This document shows, piece by piece, positions 30,384 through 39,357 of a stretch of DNA of 62,288 bases; position 1 is the stretch's first letter, and the number at the start of each line of letters is the position of its first letter. The DNA comes from Gemmatimonadales bacterium. GTDB taxonomy: Bacteria; Gemmatimonadota; Gemmatimonadetes; Gemmatimonadales; GWC2-71-9. The position numbers were made by a program, and so were the translations under genes. Below the pieces are notes generated by a model, which searched no databases, was not told where the DNA came from, and worked only from the letters and a program-made list of their open reading frames with translations. The DNA is taken from positions 1-62,288 of the forward strand of contig JBBRBZ010000005.1 of NCBI GenBank assembly GCA_038205305.1. Reading direction: 5' to 3'.

Positions 30384-30672
30384 CGCGACGCGCTCCCTTC
30401 CGTCGGCGCCCGGCGCCGGTGCCAATCTCCATCAGGTGCTGCAGGGCATCCTGGAAGACCGTGGTGTTGAGCGAATAGATGATGAACTGCCCGTCCCGGC
30501 GGCTGAGCACCAGATCGGCGTCCCGCAACACCTGCAGGTGATGGGAAACGGACGCGAAGGCCATCGGAAACTCGCTCGCTAGTTCGCCTGCCGCGCGGTC
30601 CCCGTCGCGCAGCAGGGCCAGGATACGGCGGCGAGTGGGATCGGCGAGGGCACGAAAGGTCCGGTCAAGCAT
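30376..30672 (-). CDS. ArsR-family autorepressor, SdpR-like
   Basis: FRALADPTRRRIL, SVSHHL, GQFIIYSLNTTVFQ. Confidence 0.88.
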   Translation of the reverse strand: MLDRTFRALADPTRRRILALLRDGDRAAGELASEFPMAFASVSHHLQVLRDADLVLSRRDGQFIIYSLNTTVFQDALQHLMEIGTGAGRRRKGARRDA

Positions 30673-30695
30673 AAGATGCTAAGGTAATCATCTAA
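30672..30695 (-). promoter_or_regulatory. Putative SdpR-like operator abutting the start codon
   Basis: Inverted repeat TAAGATG-N10-CATCTAA (AGATG/CATCT core perfect) in an AT-rich patch. Confidence 0.5.
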
Positions 30696-30733
30696 ATACT
30701 GCTCCGCCACACCGCGGCCCACCATCCCCGCCG

Positions 30734-31129
30734 CTAGGGCCGCCCCGCGGTCAGGTGGACCCGGTAGTCGGACTGAGCCACGGCGACGTTCTGGTGTCGA
30801 ATAGGTTCGATGCTGGTCACGGTGAGTCGAACGCCTGCGACAGTCTCGGGCACCGTGCTGTCGAGCAGCAGCACCACGGGCGTCGGATGCGCTGGAGAAG
30901 CCCATGTGAACTTCAGGACAACCGATCCCGCCTGAATGCAGATGACATCGACCGGACAGCGACTGTCATTGACCACGCTGTCGAGCCGAAAGCTGATGCC
31001 ATCCGGGGCGACTACGAACTCGTTGCCCACCGCGACGGTGAATGGCACCGGCTCCCTCGAGGCGCCGGTGGACGACACACAGCCGCTGAGGAGCACGAAT
31101 CCCCCCAGCCACCACGCTGGCCAGGTCAT
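30734..31129 (-). CDS. Hypothetical lipoprotein (DSRCPxxxxC motif)
   Basis: LLSG-C lipobox; DSRCPVDVICIQAG; ATGA overlap with the upstream gene. Confidence 0.7.
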   Translation of the reverse strand: MTWPAWWLGGFVLLSGCVSSTGASREPVPFTVAVGNEFVVAPDGISFRLDSVVNDSRCPVDVICIQAGSVVLKFTWASPAHPTPVVLLLDSTVPETVAGVRLTVTSIEPIRHQNVAVAQSDYRVHLTAGRP

Positions 31130-32100
31130 CCGACCCGATCCGGGACGGGACGCCCTTCGAAGCAGGCTGCCAGATTTTCGATCGCGCGGAATCCCATTGC
31201 CTCGCGGGTTTCCACGGTGGCCGATCCCAGATGCGGCAGGAGCACGACGTTCTCCATGCCAAGGTAGCGGGAATCGAGGTGAGGTTCACCACGGAAGACA
31301 TCGAGGCCAGCACCGGCGAGGTGCCCCGACAGCAGCGCGGCAATCAAGGCGTCATCGTCCACGATATCGCCGCGCGCCGTATTGATGAGGTAGGCGCCCG
31401 GCTTCATCTGGGCGATCCGCAGCCGGTTCATCATGCTCCGGGTCTCGGGCGTGCTGGGGCAATGCAGCGAGACGATGTCCGACTCGGCCAGCAACGCCTC
31501 GAGAGTCGCGCGGGGCTCTGCGCCCACCGACGCGAGTTCTACCGGTGACGGAGGCGAGGGATCGTAGCAGAGAATGCGCATCCCGAAGCCGAGATGCGCC
31601 CTGTGGGCGACGGCGCGGGCGATGCGGCCCATGCCCACCAGTCCCAGGGTCCTGCCGGTCACGCGGTGCCCCATCATGTGGGTCGGGCGCCACCCGGTCC
31701 AGCGGCCACCTCGCAATTCCCGTTGCCCTTCCCCAGCCCGTCGCATCGTCATCAGGATGAGTGTCATGGTGAGATCGGCGGTGCAATCCGTGAGCACGTC
31801 GGGCGTGTTGGTCACCACCAGATCATGCGCCTCCGCGGCGCGCAGGTCGATGTTGTCGTACCCCACCCCGAAGTTGGCGATGATTTTGGCACGCAGCGGA
31901 TACGCCGCCAACACTTCGGCAGTAAGCCGATCGGTCACCGTAGTGAGCACGCCATCGGCCTCCGAGAGGGCGCGCTGCAGTGCGCCAGGACTCATCTGTC
32001 GGTCATCGGGCGAGAGCACCGCGTTGAAGCGTTCCTGCGCGGCGAGCTCGACGGCCTTGGGCAACCGGCGCGTGACGATGACGATCGGCTTGGCGCTCAT
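31126..32100 (-). CDS. D-glycerate dehydrogenase / hydroxypyruvate-glyoxylate reductase
   Basis: GVGYDNID, NTPDVL, GMGRIA, INTARG, GLDVF..EP, PHLGSAT. Confidence 0.9.
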   Translation of the reverse strand: MSAKPIVIVTRRLPKAVELAAQERFNAVLSPDDRQMSPGALQRALSEADGVLTTVTDRLTAEVLAAYPLRAKIIANFGVGYDNIDLRAAEAHDLVVTNTPDVLTDCTADLTMTLILMTMRRAGEGQRELRGGRWTGWRPTHMMGHRVTGRTLGLVGMGRIARAVAHRAHLGFGMRILCYDPSPPSPVELASVGAEPRATLEALLAESDIVSLHCPSTPETRSMMNRLRIAQMKPGAYLINTARGDIVDDDALIAALLSGHLAGAGLDVFRGEPHLDSRYLGMENVVLLPHLGSATVETREAMGFRAIENLAACFEGRPVPDRVG

Positions 32101-33269
32101 CCCGGAACCTCCAGCCAGCGCCGCTCTGCGGCGGCGACGCCACTCCCCGCGGTCAACGGCATTCCCTCCTCGATCAGGCACATCTCCACCAGCGCCAGCG
32201 CTCCGAGCAGCATCCCTTCGTTCAGGTCGCCCAGGTGCCCGATGCGGAAGGCCCGCCCGGCGAGTGGTCCAAGTCCGCCACCGAGCGCCAGATCGTAGCG
32301 GGTGAACGCCCGGGCGATCACCCTTCGCGCGTCCAGGGACCCGGGAACGAGAATCGTCGTCACCGTATCCGAGGTCGCATGGTCATCCAGACAGCATCGG
32401 GAGAGCCCCCATCCCTGGACCGCCGAGCGCACGCCGTCGGCGAGCCGCCGGTGGCGTTGACTCACCGCATCCAGCCCCTCGGCGAGCAGCATGTCGAGCG
32501 ACTCGCGGAGTCCGTAGAGCATTGGGATGGACGGCGTGTAGGGAAAGTATCCGGCACGATTGGCTGTCAGCATGGCCGCGAGATCGAAATAGGCGCGGGG
32601 CGAGCCCCCCGCTGATGCGCGTGCGAGCGCCTTCTGGGAGAGGGCCAGCAGCGCGAGGCCTGCGGGCAGCATCAATCCCTTCTGTGACCCCGTGATGGCG
32701 ACGTCCACACCCCAATCATCGTGGCGGTATTCGAGCGAGCCGATCGAGGACACGCCATCGATCATCAGCAACGCCGGATGGCCGGTGCGGTTCATCGCCG
32801 CGCGCACGCGGGCAAGGTCGGCCGTCACGCCGGTGCTGGTCTCGTTGTGCACCACGAGCACCGCCGCGATGACATGCGCGGAATCCTCGGCAAGTCGCCC
32901 CGCGATCCGATCCACCGGCGGGGCCTCACCCCAGGCGAGGTCATCGAAGGTCTCCACCTGGTATCCGAGCTTGCGGGCACTCTCCCCCCAGAGCACGGCA
33001 AACTGACCGGCGCAGGGCAGCAGGAGTTGGGCGCCCGGTGCGAGGGTGTTGGTGAGCGCGATCTCCCAGCCTCCCGTCCCGCTGGCATGGAAGAGCGCGA
33101 CCTCGCCTCGTTCCGTCCGGAACAGTCGTGCCAGATCCGTGAGGAGGGGCTTGACGAATTCCGGAAAGGCGGACGACCGGTGGTCCTCCGACGCGCGGTG
33201 CATCGCGCGGAGGATGCGATCGGGTAGCGTGGTCGGCCCCGGAACGAATAGGTGGCTGTGCCCTGGCAT
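32097..33269 (-). CDS. Serine--glyoxylate/pyruvate aminotransferase (class V PLP)
   Basis: FVPGPT, SGTGGWE, HNETSTGV, GSQKGLMLPAG, FRIGHLG. Confidence 0.9.
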   Translation of the reverse strand: MPGHSHLFVPGPTTLPDRILRAMHRASEDHRSSAFPEFVKPLLTDLARLFRTERGEVALFHASGTGGWEIALTNTLAPGAQLLLPCAGQFAVLWGESARKLGYQVETFDDLAWGEAPPVDRIAGRLAEDSAHVIAAVLVVHNETSTGVTADLARVRAAMNRTGHPALLMIDGVSSIGSLEYRHDDWGVDVAITGSQKGLMLPAGLALLALSQKALARASAGGSPRAYFDLAAMLTANRAGYFPYTPSIPMLYGLRESLDMLLAEGLDAVSQRHRRLADGVRSAVQGWGLSRCCLDDHATSDTVTTILVPGSLDARRVIARAFTRYDLALGGGLGPLAGRAFRIGHLGDLNEGMLLGALALVEMCLIEEGMPLTAGSGVAAAERRWLEVPG

Positions 33270-33341
33270 GTCCCCGAAATGGTGGGAGGAAGATGTAATA
33301 TTGGCGGGTTCCCCTCTGGAGTCACCGTGGGCCAGCCTCCA

Positions 33342-34649
33342 ATGTCAGGTCAGACCATTCTCCGGCACTGCTTCGCCGCCGCGCTGAACGCCGTGGAACC
33401 GGAACTGGCGGTCATGCGGGCGCTGGCAGACGCTCGGGCGCCCTCACGTCCAGTGGCCCTGATCTGCGCGGGGAAGGCCGCCGCCGGGATGGCCCGTGGC
33501 CTGGTCGGCTGGCTTGCCGATCACCGGGTGCAGGCGGTCTCGGGGCTGATCGTCGCCCCGGAGCATGCCGCGAGTCCCCACCCCGGTGTCCGTTCCCTGG
33601 TGGGCGATCATCCCCTGCCGGGCGCGAATTCGCTCGCCGCCGGCACTGCCCTCGCTGCCTGGGTCAGCGCACTCCCCGGCGATGTCGAGGTCCACGTGGC
33701 CATCTCCGGAGGGGCGAGCGCGCTGCTCGCGGCACCGCTACCGGGACTCGCGATGCCCGATGTCATTCGGACCTTCGAGTTGCTGCTTGAGTCGGGACTG
33801 GACATCGCGCAGAGCAACGCCATTCGCAAGCGGGTGGTGCGGTGGAGTGCCGGCAGGCTGGCCATGGCACTCCATCCGCGATCGGTGATCGCTTGGCTGC
33901 TCTCCGACGTCCCGGGAGATGATCCGGAGGTGATCGGATCGGGCCCATGCCACGGCGACCACTGGTCTTCGCGCGACGTGGTGGCACTCTGTCGGTCCGC
34001 CGGACTGATGGCTTCGCTGCCATCGGCCGTGATCGCGGCGCTCGAGTTCGAGACACCCAAGCCATCGCATGCTGCGGCCAACGCGGAGCGGACCACGATT
34101 GTGGCGAGCAATCGGGTGGCGATGGAGGCGGCCCGGTCCTGCGCAATCGCGCTGGGGTGTCACGCGAAGCTGATGTCGAAACCGTTGCGGGGTGAGGCCC
34201 GTCAGGCCGGGACAGCGATCGCCAGATCGTTGCTGAAAGTGCACGGCAACCGATTCGGCGTCGAAGATACCTTGGGGGAGTCCGTCCGACCGCGAGTCTT
34301 CGTGTATGGGGGCGAGACGACGGTGGCGCTCGGTCACGAGCATGGCGAGGGGGGCCGCAACATGGAGCTCGCCCTCGCCGCGGCGGCGCAACTCGCCGGA
34401 CGACCCGAAGGTGTCACGCTGCTCGCCGCTGGCACTGATGGGCGCGACGGTCCGACCGATGCCGCCGGCGCGGTGGTGGATCCGTCGACCTGGCACGCCA
34501 TCACCGAACAGGACATCAATCCGTCCGAGGCGCTGGCCCAGCACGACAGCTACCGGGCGCTCGATGCGGCGGGAGCCCTGCTCCGCACGGGAGCGAGCGG
34601 CACCAATGTGATGGACCTTGTGCTCGGGTGGTACCAGCCCAGCCGTTAG
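33342..34649 (+). CDS. Glycerate 2-kinase (GckA/TtuD, MOFRL family)
   Basis: AGKAA, SGGASAL, SDVPGDD..IGSGP, GGETTV, GGRNME, GTDGRDG, TNVMD. Confidence 0.9.
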   Translation: MSGQTILRHCFAAALNAVEPELAVMRALADARAPSRPVALICAGKAAAGMARGLVGWLADHRVQAVSGLIVAPEHAASPHPGVRSLVGDHPLPGANSLAAGTALAAWVSALPGDVEVHVAISGGASALLAAPLPGLAMPDVIRTFELLLESGLDIAQSNAIRKRVVRWSAGRLAMALHPRSVIAWLLSDVPGDDPEVIGSGPCHGDHWSSRDVVALCRSAGLMASLPSAVIAALEFETPKPSHAAANAERTTIVASNRVAMEAARSCAIALGCHAKLMSKPLRGEARQAGTAIARSLLKVHGNRFGVEDTLGESVRPRVFVYGGETTVALGHEHGEGGRNMELALAAAAQLAGRPEGVTLLAAGTDGRDGPTDAAGAVVDPSTWHAITEQDINPSEALAQHDSYRALDAAGALLRTGASGTNVMDLVLGWYQPSR

Positions 34650-35065
34650 CGCGAACCGGGACCGGGCGATTGCGCCGCGGCGAGGGCCTTCGCGGCCACG
34701 GCGTGCGCGACGGCGACGTCCGGTGAGCGCTGCAGGAACTCGAAATAGCGCTGCTGGAAATCGTTGCCCGATTCATCGGGGTGCAGCAGTGTGGCGAGGG
34801 TCTCCATGAGCACGGGCGCCTGGGCTTCAGTGTCGACGGTGCGATCCATCATGGCATCATCGAGGGCCACCAGCGCCGAGGTGAGTGGACGCAGCCAGGC
34901 GAACCACGGATCATGAATCGTGAGCTGCAACATTTCGGCGTTGGTGACCACCCTCCCGTTCAGCTGCTGCCACGCGCGCCGTTCCGCTTCCAGCATCGCG
35001 CGGTGAAGATCCAGTACGGCATGCCGGACCGGCTGCAATCGGGTGGTCGTGTCGGGGTGCATCAT
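34646..35065 (-). CDS. Hypothetical protein
   Basis: Helical protein-like ORF (LHRAMLEAER...DPWFAWLRPL); fills the gap in the operon. Confidence 0.65.
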   Translation of the reverse strand: MMHPDTTTRLQPVRHAVLDLHRAMLEAERRAWQQLNGRVVTNAEMLQLTIHDPWFAWLRPLTSALVALDDAMMDRTVDTEAQAPVLMETLATLLHPDESGNDFQQRYFEFLQRSPDVAVAHAVAAKALAAAQSPGPGSR

Positions 35066-35149
35066 GGTGAGTGTCCTGGCAGGAGCTGACAAGGGTATGC
35101 ATCCTCAAACTGACGGCAGCACGGCAGAGTTCCCGGCGCGCGTCCCTGC

Positions 35150-35563
35150 TCAGTGCGGGATCGCCGTCCCGATGGTGGCGACCGGAATCACACTGAGGTC
35201 GACGAAACGTGCTGGATCGGCGAGCTCGACCACATCGGCATCGCCAATCGCCTTGATCACCGCCCCTACGCCGGTGGTGTCGCCACGGCGAACGTAGATC
35301 AAGTTGCGCTTCCGATTCGCGAGGGCCGAATCGCGCTTGTTGCCGAAGAACACGACGTCGAGGATCGGCTGCTGCCGCAGCAGCAGTGTCGCGCTTCTCG
35401 CCAGTCCCACGGCATCCCCGGGATTGATGACCTCGACCACCACCCGGCGGGACTCCGGTACCCCTGAGGCAGCATCGCTGGCCTCGGGCTTGGGCGCTGA
35501 CGAGTGACACGCAGCCAGGGCGGCAATGACCGAGAGCCAGCGCATGCGTGATCGCGTGGTCAT
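35150..35563 (-). CDS. Lipoprotein with a LytR C-terminal domain
   Basis: LAA-C lipobox; VEVINPG..GLAR.AT..LR...DVVFFGN pattern; ATGA overlap with the HD gene. Confidence 0.7.
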   Translation of the reverse strand: MTTRSRMRWLSVIAALAACHSSAPKPEASDAASGVPESRRVVVEVINPGDAVGLARSATLLLRQQPILDVVFFGNKRDSALANRKRNLIYVRRGDTTGVGAVIKAIGDADVVELADPARFVDLSVIPVATIGTAIPH

Positions 35564-36129
35564 GCGCCAACCATCCGGCGAAACTCCAGACTTTCCGGCG
35601 GGAGTTCCCACCCCTGCCGTTCCGCATAGGCGAGGCGTCGCGTGACGACCTCGCGGAGTACCTTGGCGGGCGCGTCAGAAAACTGCTCGGCCAGCAGGTG
35701 ACGTTCGGCACGATCGAAGTCTCGTCCCGGCTCGAGGAAGTCCGCGCAGTAGAGCGCCCTGCCGGTCGGGCCCCACCCCACCCAGCCCACCGAGTGCCAG
35801 CGAACGGCACTAAGTACGTCGGCATCCTGCTCGCCCTCGAGCTCCGCCCGTGCCGCCGCGGCCGGGCCATGCCGGAGCTCGACCGGTCCCTCAATGTGTG
35901 GAGCCCACCGACGCATCTCGGCCTCCGGCGCATCGCGCAATGCATCGTGGAGGTAGCAGGCGCGCAACCACCGGTCCCGCTCGGCGCGATCGAGGTCGAG
36001 GGCCGTGGCCCAGCCGCGCAGTACCAGCGCGACCCGCTCGACATGCGCTCGACGCGCCGGAGTGACAATGGCCCAGGGCGGGAGTCCGTCCTGGGCCACC
36101 GGAACTGGTGCACTTCGGTCGGGAGTCAT
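35560..36129 (-). CDS. HD-domain hydrolase, YqeK-like
   Basis: H.ERV, LHDA, HGPAAA, AVRWHSVG, YCADFLEPGR. Confidence 0.8.
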   Translation of the reverse strand: MTPDRSAPVPVAQDGLPPWAIVTPARRAHVERVALVLRGWATALDLDRAERDRWLRACYLHDALRDAPEAEMRRWAPHIEGPVELRHGPAAAARAELEGEQDADVLSAVRWHSVGWVGWGPTGRALYCADFLEPGRDFDRAERHLLAEQFSDAPAKVLREVVTRRLAYAERQGWELPPESLEFRRMVGA

Positions 36130-36137
36130 TCGGCCAC

Positions 36138-36491
36138 TCAGGGAGCGACGATCCGGTTGCTGCCATCGACGTGCACGACTGTCGGCGCAAAACTCGGCAG
36201 CTCCGGCCCATCCAAGTCGGCGAAGGTCATGAGGATCAACAGGTCGCCGGGCATGCCCAGCCGTGCGGCCGCACCATTCAACTGCACCACTCCGCTGCCT
36301 GGCGCCCCCGTGATCAGGTAGGTGGTGAGGCGCAGTCCATTGTTCACGTTGACGACATGGACCTGCTCGTACTCGAGCATATCCGCCGCGGCCATCAGCT
36401 CCGCATCGAGTGTGAGCGAACCCTCGTAGTTCAGATCGGCGGAGGTCAGGGTCGCGCGATGAATCTTGGACTTCAGCATGCGACGGCGCAT
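36138..36491 (-). CDS. panD: Aspartate 1-decarboxylase
   Basis: [20 protein letters not shown]. Confidence 0.96.
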   Translation of the reverse strand: MRRRMLKSKIHRATLTSADLNYEGSLTLDAELMAAADMLEYEQVHVVNVNNGLRLTTYLITGAPGSGVVQLNGAAARLGMPGDLLILMTFADLDGPELPSFAPTVVHVDGSNRIVAP

Positions 36492-36492
36492 C

Positions 36493-37353
36493 TCACAGAC
36501 CTTTCTGGCCAAAGATGATGTTGTCGATCAATCGCGTGGATCCCACCCGAGCCGCGACCGCCATGATCGAGCCGGCGACCACCGCATCGGCCGGCAGCAT
36601 GCGGGCGCCATCCACCACCGCAATATAGTCCGTGACGATGCCGGGGGCCCCGGCGAGCACGGCCTCCGCGAATGCATGCAACACGGCTGCGTCGCGCTCG
36701 CCGCGGGACCAGCCCTGCGCTGCCGCCCGCAACGCTGCGGAGAGCGCCCGAGCCGTGACACGCTCCGAGGCGCTCAGGTAGACGTTGCGCGAACTGAGCG
36801 CGAGTCCATCCGCCTCTCGCACCGTCGGCACCATTGACAATTCCACCGGAATGTTCAGCTGCTCGATCAGCTGCCGCACCAGCGTCACCTGCTGGATGTC
36901 CTTCTGGCCGAACGATGCCAGCTGCGGTTGGATGATGTTGAAGAGCTTGGCGACCACCGTCAGCACGCCGTCAAAGTGGCCCGGTCGAATCGCCCCTTCC
37001 CACAGATTCGCCGTCGCGCCGCCGACAATCCGCAGCTCGCGACCGGCGCCGTACATCTCCTCCACCGTAGGAGCGAAGAGCAGGTCCACTCCGCGTGCGG
37101 CCGCGAGGGCGACATCGCGCGCAAGGTCTCGAGGATAGCGATCGAGATCCTCCCCGGCCGCGAATTGCAAAGGGTTGACGAAGAGGCTCAGGACCACCAG
37201 GTCGGCACGGCGCCTCGCGTCGTCGACCAGCGCAAGATGCCCGTCGTGCAGCGCCCCCATCGTGGGGACGAGCCCAATCCGGCGGCCGTCGCGCCGGGCA
37301 GGGGCGAGGAAGGCACGGACGCTATCGACCGTCGAGAGCTGCCGCATCGTCAT
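36493..37353 (-). CDS. panC: Pantoate--beta-alanine ligase
   Basis: [37 protein letters not shown]. Confidence 0.96.
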   Translation of the reverse strand: MTMRQLSTVDSVRAFLAPARRDGRRIGLVPTMGALHDGHLALVDDARRRADLVVLSLFVNPLQFAAGEDLDRYPRDLARDVALAAARGVDLLFAPTVEEMYGAGRELRIVGGATANLWEGAIRPGHFDGVLTVVAKLFNIIQPQLASFGQKDIQQVTLVRQLIEQLNIPVELSMVPTVREADGLALSSRNVYLSASERVTARALSAALRAAAQGWSRGERDAAVLHAFAEAVLAGAPGIVTDYIAVVDGARMLPADAVVAGSIMAVAARVGSTRLIDNIIFGQKGL

Positions 37354-38160
37354 TCAGTCGAAACTGTGCGCGTCGTCGGGAAATTGCCCGGAGCGCACGT
37401 CGGCCGCATATGCGCTGACGGCGGATCGCACCGTGCCCGCGAGTTCAGCGTATCGCTTGAGAAACTTCGGCGCAAAGGCGTCGTTGAGTCCGAGCATGTC
37501 ATGCAACACCAGCACCTGACCGTCACAACCGTTGCCGGCACCGATGCCGACAGTGGGAATGCGCACCGTTGCGCTGATTTTCGCCGCCAGGGAACGGGGG
37601 ACGAGCTCGAGCACCAACGCGCTCGCACCGGCCTCCTCCAGCGCCAGTGCATCAGCGAGCAGACGCTCAGCGGCTGCGGCATCCCTGCCCTGCACCCGGT
37701 AGCCGCCGATGGTGTTCACCGACTGAGGCGTCAGTCCGAGGTGACCGACCACGGGAATGCCCCGATCCACCAGCGTGCGAACCGTCGGCGCCATCACCAC
37801 ACCGCCTTCGAGCTTCACGCCGTCGCAGTCGGTTTCCGCCATCACGCGGCCGGCGTTACGGATCGCCTCGGCTTCGCTCACCTGGTAACTGAGAAACGGA
37901 AGATCAACCACCACGAGCGCACGAGTGGTTCCCCGACGCACACTCGCCGCGTGATAGATCATCTGGTCCAGCGTGGCGCTGAGGGTCGACCTCCGCCCCG
38001 CGAGCACTTGATTCAACGAGTCGCCCACCAGCAGCACTTCCACCTCGCCACTGTCGAGCAAATGGGCGAAGAGCGCATCGTAGCATGTCAACATGACCAG
38101 CTTCTCGCCGGCGGCCTTGCGAACGGCCAATTCGGGCATGCTCAGTGGACGGTCAGCCAT
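37354..38160 (-). CDS. panB: 3-methyl-2-oxobutanoate hydroxymethyltransferase
   Basis: LTCYD, LVGDS, VKLEGG, HLGLTPQ, GIGAG..CDGQVLV. Confidence 0.96.
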   Translation of the reverse strand: MADRPLSMPELAVRKAAGEKLVMLTCYDALFAHLLDSGEVEVLLVGDSLNQVLAGRRSTLSATLDQMIYHAASVRRGTTRALVVVDLPFLSYQVSEAEAIRNAGRVMAETDCDGVKLEGGVVMAPTVRTLVDRGIPVVGHLGLTPQSVNTIGGYRVQGRDAAAAERLLADALALEEAGASALVLELVPRSLAAKISATVRIPTVGIGAGNGCDGQVLVLHDMLGLNDAFAPKFLKRYAELAGTVRSAVSAYAADVRSGQFPDDAHSFD

Positions 38161-38569
38161 GGGACTCCATTCGGGCAATCTCGGACGCCCAGAACGGGCG
38201 GTCGCGAAGCCCCGGGTGCGGGAGTACAAGGTCGGGTAGGTCGCACATCAGGGTGCCGAAACGCACCAAGTCCAAGTCGAGCGTACGCGAGGACCACTTG
38301 GTAGAACGCCGCCGCCCGGCGAGCCGTTCCACATCATGGCAGAGGGAGAGCAGCCTCCGCGCCGGTAGGGTGGTCCGGACCAGCACCATCTGATTGAGAT
38401 ACGCAGGCTGATCCAGCCCGCCAAGGGGCGACGTCTCCTCGACCTCGGAGGCGGCGAGGAGCTCGACCTCAACCGCCGCGGCCAGCTCGGTTCGAGCGAA
38501 GGCCAGCAACCCGGCGCGATCCCCGAGATTGCTGCCGAGCGCGATATAGGCCGTGACCGAGAGTTTCAT
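38153..38569 (-). CDS. folK: 2-amino-4-hydroxy-6-hydroxymethyldihydropteridine diphosphokinase
   Basis: YIALGSNLG, YLN, RTLDLD, LPHP. Confidence 0.93.
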   Translation of the reverse strand: MKLSVTAYIALGSNLGDRAGLLAFARTELAAAVEVELLAASEVEETSPLGGLDQPAYLNQMVLVRTTLPARRLLSLCHDVERLAGRRRSTKWSSRTLDLDLVRFGTLMCDLPDLVLPHPGLRDRPFWASEIARMESHG

Positions 38570-39357
38570 GCCGTGTCGAGGGCCGATCGCAATTCGCCGA
38601 GGAACCGAGCGGCGCCGGCCACGCCATGGCTGCCGAGCGCCTCAACCAGGGCACTCCCCACCACGACGCCGTCGGCGAGTCGCGCGACCGTTGCGGCCTG
38701 GGCCGGTGTCGAGATGCCGAACCCCACGGCAACCGGCAGGCTGGTCGCCGCCCGCACGCGCTGCACCGATTCGCCGAGGTCCCCTGCCAGTGCCGCCGAG
38801 GCACCGGTGACGCCCAAGCGCGCGACCAGATACACGAACCCCTGGGCCCCGGCGACGGCCTGGCGAATGCGGCCGGCCTGCGACGTCGGGGCAACGAGTC
38901 GAATCAGGTCGAGCGGCGATTCGCGGACCGTCTCCTCGATGGCGAGATCTGCCCCGGCTGGCAGGTCGGTCAGCAGGAGGCCAGCCACACCGAGCCCCGC
39001 AGCATCCTGCAGCAACCGCTCGACGCCGTACTGCAGCACCGGGTTGAGATAGGAGAAGAGCACGACCGGGCGACCGAGGTCCGCGCGGTCGATGAGATCG
39101 AGCGTGCCCGTGAGCGTCATCCCGTTGGCCAGCGCCCGGAAGGTCGAGCGCTGGATGGTGGGGCCGTCGGCGAGAGGATCGCTGAAGGGCACGCCGACTT
39201 CGATGACATCACTGTGCTCCGCCGCCATCCGCAACGCGGCGAGTGAGTCCGGAATCGTGGGAAATCCGGCCGTGAGATACGGCACCAATCCGCAGCGCCT
39301 GGCGTCGCGAAGGGTGGCCCAGGTGCGGTCGAGCCGCGATTCAGATGAAGTAGTCAC
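38566..39357 (-). CDS. trpA: Tryptophan synthase alpha subunit
   Basis: YLTAGFP, EVGVPFSDPLADGPTIQ, GFGIS, DGVVVGSA. GTG start at 39357 inferred. Confidence 0.93.
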   Translation of the reverse strand: MTTSSESRLDRTWATLRDARRCGLVPYLTAGFPTIPDSLAALRMAAEHSDVIEVGVPFSDPLADGPTIQRSTFRALANGMTLTGTLDLIDRADLGRPVVLFSYLNPVLQYGVERLLQDAAGLGVAGLLLTDLPAGADLAIEETVRESPLDLIRLVAPTSQAGRIRQAVAGAQGFVYLVARLGVTGASAALAGDLGESVQRVRAATSLPVAVGFGISTPAQAATVARLADGVVVGSALVEALGSHGVAGAARFLGELRSALDTA

